Positions 54,481 to 64,000 of a DNA stretch of 64,000 bases are shown one piece after another. The notes below the pieces were generated by a model that saw only the letters and a program-made list of their open reading frames with translations, was not told the DNA's origin and did not search any database. The DNA lies in the NCBI RefSeq assembly GCF_009914755.1, contig NC_060929.1. One strand, 5' to 3'. The translations under genes and the position numbers were made by a program. Source of the stretch: the human T2T-CHM13v2.0 reference genome, Homo sapiens. Positions within the stretch are counted from its first letter, which is position 1, and every line of letters begins with the position of its first letter.

Positions 54481-56084
54481 AAACCCACCCCAAAACTCTA
54501 GAGCTACTTTTAGATTGACTTTTCAAGAATAAAGGATAGGGACCAGGTCTCTACTGTACCAGGCACTGTGGTGGAAGGCAAAATTTTAAAACTACATGGT
54601 CCCTGCCCTCAGGAGGCTTGAAGTCTGAATGAGGGGATATTGTGTGGAACAACATGAAATTTACCAGTAAGTCATAGATCTTTAGGAGTAAAAGAATGAA
54701 ACATTAGATGACAGTGGATCATGTTTCCATGGGTAGACAGACTTAGGATGGTGGTTGAGTAAAAGAAAATTGAGGTGCCCATCCCAGATTGGTATAATAT
54801 TGCTCAAGTTGCTCATGTGCCCTGGGGTTCAGTTTTCCCATCTGAAAGTAGAGTTAGTAACAGTAGATGAGGTAAAGCACATAGCACAGTGCTGCACAGG
54901 CTACATTTAGGAAATGCCCACCTTTCTGATTATTTTATCATTCCTACCAAGGGCTTGGAGAAAGCAAGTGTGGGAACAGCTTTAGATAGAAAAGACTAGC
55001 CTTTGTTATAATATTTCTTGATGCTCATAGTCATGTCCCTTTTGAAAAGACACTTCCTCTAGCGTAAGTGTTTAAACAAGTATTTAAATTAAATGGCACT
55101 CATTTTCCCAGGAACATGCAGAAGTCTGGCCCACACTTCTCCAGCACAATGCAGTTTTTATTGTAGTGCTTAATCTGTTGATGAAGTCAATCAATGGCTT
55201 TCCCCGCTTCCTAAGCAAATGACTTGCTCCACTCCAATCAAAAGGCACCTTTAATCTGATTCCTTTTCACTCAACTCTCCGCCGTGACCCATATGCCACT
55301 TTATTCCTCCTTCCCCCTCCTGAATGTAATAAGCCTGGTCCAATTTGCTTGTATAAACAGAAGGCCGAGGCAGGCGAGGGACGTCACTTGGCCGCAGCGG
55401 TTCTGCTTTTTATACATTCCTCCTGCCTTGTTTCCTGAGACCTTTCAATAGAGCCAGACTTGGAGGAGAGTTATATTAAACAGTTTGACTCCAAACCTAA
55501 ACAGCCCCTGAAGCATTAGTGGTTCAAAGATCTCCTGGTGCATTTATGAAAAGCCATTGATCTGGGAAGAGGTGTTAGAGGACTTGAAATGCACTAAGAA
55601 AACTCCTTTACTGGCAGGAGGGAGAGTGGTTTTCATTAAGGAACTGCCCTTTATCTCGTCACATTACTGACCTGCTGGAGCTGAGACGGGCTGCTTCCTT
55701 TAGCCTTTAAAGGAAGCTGCCTCTGGTCAGAAACTACGATAAGAAAGCATTCATTTTTAAGACACCCACAAAAGACAGAAGTGTGGCACTGTGGTGGCTT
55801 GGTTTTCTGAGTTTAATCCCCAAATATTCTTTAAATTGTAAACCTTGTGACCACCTCTGATGCACAGAAGCCTTAAGAATGCCAGGGGTTATTTCTCCAA
55901 ATGTTTGGTTATTAGTGATGGGAAAAAAAAAAAATCTGTGAATTATGTACTTCAGAGCTCAGGGGGACTTGAACTATCACCTAGAACTGCGTCTACTCTT
56001 AACTCAGGGTCATACATGTCCCAGAGGACCATTGGTCAGCTTCAGGGCTGTGTAGGCTCCCACAAATCCCATTGTGCGCTTACC

Positions 56085-56255
56085 AGCTGGGTGAACTGAG
56101 ATGAATTCTCTTGTCTTTGCCACGGTTTTCTCATCTAGAAACTGGGCATTGTGACCTCCTAGGATTCTTGCAAGGATTAAATATAACACATGTAAAGTGC
56201 CTTGTACAGTGCCTGGCACATAGTTGGCACTTAATAAATGCTATAATCATCATTG
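56085..56255 (+). mobile_element. MIR SINE
   Basis: 'gcaaggattaaatataacacatgtaaagtgccttgtacagtgcctggcacatagttggcacttaataaatg'. Confidence 0.85.
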
Positions 56256-57012
56256 CTTGTTATTACTATATTATTATTCAGGCAGTCTAACAATTGTGAG
56301 CAATATTTTGCATTTATTTGCACATGTCCACTTTCCTAGGAAGAGGTCCATACATTTCATTTTCATTTCCCCCAAAAGGAGAAGAACCACTAAGCTAGCT
56401 AGACTAATAACTTCTTTAATTGATGAGTAAAATCCTACCCAGAGGTTTAAGTATTTTTTCGACAATCACATGGTAACCTAGAGGCAAGGTGAGAGCTAGA
56501 ACCCAAAATGTGTTGATTCCACTGCTTTCCAAAATTTTGGCAACACTAGCAAAAGCAGCCCAGGCCTTGCACAAAAGTGACCTATAAATAAATGTAGAAT
56601 AGGCCTGGACATATATTGGTGGCTTCAAGGCAAAGGGAGTGTTCAGGGGTCTGGAGGTGTGTGATGGCTGTGGAGCTGTGAAAACACCACTTGACATGTA
56701 TAATCAACAGAAGAGGGGGTGTGCAAACCAGATAGGAGGAGGAATGGGTGGGGACTCCAGGAAGAAAACACCCCAGTTGCAAATTCTTCTGCATTTCCCA
56801 TGCAATAGCAAAGCAAGTTGATCCCATAAGCTATCCGTAAGCTTCACCAAATCCAAGAGAATCTATGCATAGCTGACTTAGGAAACAGTAGGTATTTGTT
56901 GAATTCTGAGTGATTGCACCACTTTCTCCGAGAAGACATAGCCACAGGACTTTGAGGTTTGCACTCTTTTTGTTAGCCAGATTCCTTAAAATACTCTGAT
57001 ATTTTCCTAGTT

Positions 57013-57198
57013 CATTTGTTCTCAAAGGGTGGCCCTGGGCCAGCACTATAGCTGTCATTGGGGGAACTTGTTAGAAATGCAAATTTTGGGTCCTCTCCTC
57101 GGACCTACTGCATCAGAGACTGTGGGGTGGGGCCCAGCAATCTGTTTTAACAGGGTTTCCAGGTAATTCTGGTGTGCACTCAACTTTGAGAACCACTA
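57013..57198 (+). mobile_element. MER5A, full length
   Basis: 'gggaacttgttagaaatgcaaatt...ggggtggggcccagcaatctg...tttgagaaccact'. Confidence 0.9.
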
Positions 57199-57929
57199 AG
57201 TTAATTGGTGTGGCAGAGAAACTAAGCAAGAAATGAGGGCTTGAAAAAGCCTTCCAGCAACTGAATCCCTAGAATACATTTTTTGTTTGTTTGTTTGAAA
57301 TAAACTGGAACTCGATTAGTAACTTACATCTTCCTGTGTTTTGCAAACAAGAGATCTTGGAAGGAAGTAGAAAATCAATTTCAAGGCCTTTCATCTCAGT
57401 TACAATGACACATTCATTTTAGCATTGTGTGGGGAGGGAGGGAAGGAGAGAGCAGGCAGGCAGTGGTTGGGTTTGTGGAGAGGAATACACAATTCCAATG
57501 GAATCCACTGTAATTTAGGGGCAATTAGCATCTGCACATTCTCCATTCATGAGGCTCCATTAATCCAGTTAATCCTCATCTTCTAATCAAAAACAAACAT
57601 CCTTGAGTGTACTTGAGATCCTTTTAACACATTCTCCCCACCTGAATGCTGTCCTCTGCCTTGTAATCCAGGGCTTTTAGGAACCACTTCAGCTTTTGGA
57701 AAGAGGGGAGCTACCCACCACCTTGGCTGGGTCCTGCCAGCCCCTTGGAAACCTGCCCTCTCCTAGGCTGCACCCTCCCCTGAAACTTGTTCTTTGACTA
57801 GACCTGCCCTCTCCCTGCTATTATTTAAGTCATTCTTGATACTTCTTTGCTATTCTGGGCAGCCTTCCCTGACGACTTTCTGACTGCCCCTTGGCTAAAC
57901 ACACAAATGCTTGGATAATACTAATGCCT

Positions 57930-58190
57930 TGCATTGCTAAGTCACTTCACTGTTTCCAAAGGCCTTTCCTAGTCCACTTTTCATTTGATCCTCCAAACTA
58001 TCATAATATCATTACTATTTCTCCACTTCCCACCCACTCTCACCCTCCCTCTTCAATTTACAGATGGGGGCCACTGAGGCTTTCAGAGATTTTGTGACCT
58101 ACCAAACTGGCACAGCTAGTAAATGGATGACAAGGTAGGTTCAAACCCAGGACTCCTGATCCGCAGGCGGAGATCTATTATAGAACACTG
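57930..58190 (-). mobile_element. MIR SINE
   Basis: 'atttacagatgggggccactgaggc...cacagctagtaaatgg...ttcaaacccagg'. Confidence 0.7.
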
Positions 58191-58939
58191 TTTCTTTCTG
58201 ACCACCCACCTAAATCCATAATGCCAATGAATAATGCATTTGTCCTTTCACTGTGTTTATGTCTTTGGAATGTTTTTGTATCTATGGAAATCAGTGCATC
58301 TTCCTTAATTTTGAAGCCTCTAAGGAGAAGAAACCCTATCTGTGTAACTCAGGCTCAAATAATACTGTAAAGTACTTCTACCTATTCAAAATATTTTCAT
58401 CTTTGTCTTATTTTATCCACAAAACAATCATATGAGTTAAGGAGGATAAACAATATTACATCTATTTAATGGTAAGAAAACTGAAGTTTGGCCAATAAAA
58501 GCAACTTATTGGCTCGGAAGTAGAACGTGGTATGGTTGGGAATAGAATACGGCTTTCTAATTTCTGGTTCTGTATTTATCTATTAGATATGTGGTTTTAA
58601 AATTGTGACCCTCGGGCTCTTGCATGCTTCTTCTTGGAAAGGCGAGGCAGACAGGGCTCAGGGTATTCTACCACTGGTTTAACTAAAAGCTTTCCTCTCC
58701 TGAATAGCAACTTAGAAGCCCCTGACAGGTCCTCATTTCCTGTCTTGAGTATCCAGCATAGTAGTCGTACTAGTCAGGTGTAAGCAGTGGCTTCAGGATA
58801 ATATCCTTGCAGATGGCCCTGGGAAGCCTTGAAGTTTTTGCAAGCATTTCAGACTCCCTGGCTTGTGATCAGTGTAGGCAGTGAAAACTGCACTTTGTCC
58901 TCAGAGTAGGAAAGTTACCCCTCAGCCATTTCATATTCT

Positions 58940-59545
58940 GTTCATTAATTCAACAAATATTTGTTGAGTTACTATGTGCTAAGTACTGTGTTTGCGTCTG
59001 GGACTAGAGGGGTAGAAAAAAAATATGGAGGTGATTTCACCTCTACCCTCATAGAAGATGCCTTCTGATAGATCTGAAACAGATAATCTTACCAATAAAT
59101 AATTCCAAATCGTAATAAAAGCTATGCAGGAAAGATCTGTTTGTTGCATGAAAGAGCAAGGAGTGGGGTCTCACCCAAACAGGAGGTCAGGGAATTACAG
59201 TTCATGGAGGTTACACCGAAGCTAGATTTTCTTGGGAGGGCACACCTGCTGCATGGAACAGCACCGTCTGGCATGATGCAGCAAGTGTTTGTCCTGGTTG
59301 AGAAATCCAGAGGAGACACAGCTGGCTGGGGCCCAGTGAGCAAGAACAGAGTAGTAGGAGATGGGAGACGGGGTCAGGAGGAGCAGGGCATCGAATTCAT
59401 ACACAGCAAGTTGGGTAGTCATTGCAGGGACTTAAGTAAGAGGTATCATGATTGATTGACTATCATGATGACTTCGGCTATTGTCTGGAGAACAAATTGG
59501 AGTTGGTCAAAAGCATAAACAAAAGAGCTGGGAGGAGATGATTAG
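58940..59545 (-). mobile_element. L2 LINE 3' region
   Basis: 'ttcattaattcaacaaatatttgttgagttactatgtgctaagtactgtg' followed by degenerate L2 body. Confidence 0.75.
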
Positions 59546-59644
59546 GTGGTTTTCCTTTGTTACACAGTTAGAGGTGCCCTTGAGGGATTTTTTAATTGAA
59601 TGTGGAAGAGAGAGCAGACAGCATGGACAAGACTTAGAAGAGTA

Positions 59645-59890
59645 AGCATGGTAGAAAATAAAAAGCACTACTTTGGATTAGGTGATGTGGTTCCAATCCT
59701 GCACCTCCATGTCCTGGATGTGTAACGTAGGACAGGCCACATAACCAACCCCTCTGGCCCTCATTTTCCCCATTTGTGACAAGGGGCTAATAATCCAAAC
59801 TCAGCGGGTTATTAGGATGCCTAATTCATGTCAGTGAAAGTCGACTGTAAATGGGAAGGTACTATGAAAATACAGGATGTCATTATCATT
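59645..59890 (+). mobile_element. MIR SINE
   Basis: 'ctctggccctcattttccccatttgtgacaaggggctaataat'. Confidence 0.7.
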
Positions 59891-60149
59891 AACCATGTCC
59901 ATATATACAAAGTAATTATAATTACAGCTCTGAGTAAATATGAAAGAACATTTTTTTTATCTCTGTGTCCTGAAAATAAGTTACTGGAAACCAAGACTTT
60001 TGTGTCCTTAGGTTAGAAGTTTGGATTTGTATTTCATAAATCTACCTTTTTTATGCTAGAAACTTTACAATTGATGAATAAAAATCACTTTAATCTTTAG
60101 AACAATCACATTTGCTCAGAATTATAAAAATAGTCATATTTAGTTCATA

Positions 60150-60452
60150 CCATGTCTTCTAAGCCTTACTCACTTATGTGCCAGTCATTTTTTTTTTTTA
60201 CCATATATGTGTAAATAGTAACTTGATGTTTTACTTAAGTTGAACTTATATAGATTCCCCTCCATGTTTTAGTTTCGTTTTTTTTTTTTTCAGTGTAAAG
60301 AATACTACATGTGAAGTCATGGAGTCGATCTGCTAGTTATTTTTTTTTTTTGTCCTAATTCACATGAAAATAGTTGGAGGACTGTTAACATATAATCTAA
60401 ACTATCTAACAGGACCTCATATAACACTCATGAATACTATGCTTGGGAAACA
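60150..60452 (+). mobile_element. MER113A-like hAT-Charlie element
   Basis: 'tgtgaagtcatggagtcgatctgctagttat' and terminal 'ttgggaaaca'. Confidence 0.55.
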
Positions 60453-60480
60453 AAAGCTTATTCTACTCATTTTGTAAAAT

Positions 60481-62237
<1,757 letters not shown>

Positions 62238-62425
62238 AGTAAACCATTTATATTCTAGGTCTTTTTCAATATAAAATTAACATGGCCTTCCACTGGCCAA
62301 GTGGTGCCTTGGAATCACCTGGAGTGTTTCTAAAAGTCATAAGGCCCAGCTAGACGCTAGATCAAATAAATAAAAATCTCAGTTCATGGGACCCAAGCCT
62401 CAGGATTTTTAAACATTTCCTATGA

Positions 62426-62588
62426 TTTTTTTTTTTTTTTGAGACAGAGTCTTGCTCTGTCACCCAGACTGGAGTGCAGTGGCTTGCAATCACTGCTTAC
62501 TGCAGCCTTGACCTCTCCATGCTCAGGAGATCCTCCCACCTCAGCCCCTTAAGTAGCTGGGACTGCAGGTACAAGCCACCACGCCCAG

Positions 62589-62640
<52 letters not shown>

Positions 62641-62760
62641 GGTAGAGACGGGGTTTTGTCATGTTGCCCAGGCTGGTCTTGAACTCCTGAGCTCAAGCGA
62701 TCTGCCCACCTTGGCCTCCCAAAGTGCTGGGATTACAGGTGTGAGCCACTAGTGCCCAGC
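62426..62760 (-). mobile_element. AluJ with (TG)n in the inter-arm linker, inside a MER5-type element (about 62295-62805)
   Basis: J diagnostics; TG run 62593-62637; flanks 'gaatcacctggag' and 'ttagaaccact'. Confidence 0.93.
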
Positions 62761-63046
62761 ATCCTTAAGATAATTTTTATGTGAACTGAGACTTAGAACC
62801 ACTAACTTAGATTCTTGGATGCCTTCTAGAACTTCTAGGATTAGACAAATATTGTGGATAGACTGTAAGAGAAGAACCTGGCCATAGTGGAGACAATCAC
62901 TGTTATGTTATCCAGAGGAGAGGGTCATCTTGATCAATAATATTAACAGTAGTAGTAAGAGTAATACTGCTACTACTGATGGCAACATTGAAGGCCAACT
63001 TTATGTCAGTATTCTTCCAAGTGCTTTATAAGAATTACTTCATTTA

Positions 63047-63365
<319 letters not shown>

Positions 63366-64000
63366 TCACAACAAGACTACAAAGTGAGTACCACGATAAT
63401 CTATTTCCAAGATGAGGCATCTGAGGCCCAGAGAGGTACAGTCACTTGCCCAAGGTCACACAGTACTAAGTAGTAAATCTGGAATGAGAGGCTCCTTGAA
63501 AGCAATCCTAAATTTCTATCCTTTCTTGATGGTTTTCTACTTGAAACAGTTAATATCGTAGAGTCTTGAATCCTGTTACATCAACTCCAGCATCTCCTTT
63601 CTCTGAGCCTTTTTATTAGACTTCTTTCCCCATCCCTAATTTTACAGACGAGCACATTTTATTGATGTGAAAATGAAGACTTATAAAGACTGTCCTATTT
63701 CCCAGGTCATATAACCAACTCCATGTGTGGTCCTGTGAAAGTGCCCTAACTTCTTTCAAATATGTTTTTTCTCATTTGAGTTGCAAAAATAAACCCATCT
63801 GCTTTGTAGCCATTAACATGGAAAGAAGAAGAGGCATCCAAAGTGTTGGGTCCGCATCGCCCTTGCCTTGGAGGAAGCTCCAAATAGAGGGAAGGATGGT
63901 TTCCAGCAGTCCCTGAAGTGCCTTTCCTCCTTCGTGGGATCCAGTTACACCCAGCAGACTTCAGTTTGAATAAACAGAACTAGATGAATACACCTAGGGA

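Noticed and set aside
57751-57814. 13-bp repeat acctgccctctcc twice, 51 bp apart
   Set aside because: Short and in C/T-rich sequence; too weak to interpret.

Overview
Non-coding primate genomic DNA. AluJ/S/Y and a THE1-type LTR imply a simian, probably human, genome; I cannot name the locus from sequence alone. I recognise no protein-coding gene, RNA gene, CRISPR array or prokaryotic-type system. The ORF track looks like chance ORFs, and many of them lie inside Alus, LTRs or L1. The window is an intronic or intergenic mosaic: 16 Alu-family copies (several with clear target-site duplications, TSDs), MaLR/ERVL solo LTRs, hAT and Tc1/mariner DNA-transposon fossils, many MIR/L2/L1M fragments and microsatellites. 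The most notable non-routine signals are two short dispersed duplications, each matching sequence about 2-2.5 kb downstream (18280-18401 vs 20141-20262; 30776-30818 vs 33258-33300), which resemble templated insertions from DNA repair. Others are a three-level nested transposon stack, a collapsed MER53 hairpin, close inverted Alu pairs, one frame-preserving 96-nt exon candidate, and several enhancer- or CTCF-like unique segments. None of this is evidence for a new biological system. Repeat family names come from recalled consensus sequences, not a database search, and the boundaries of old repeats are approximate.
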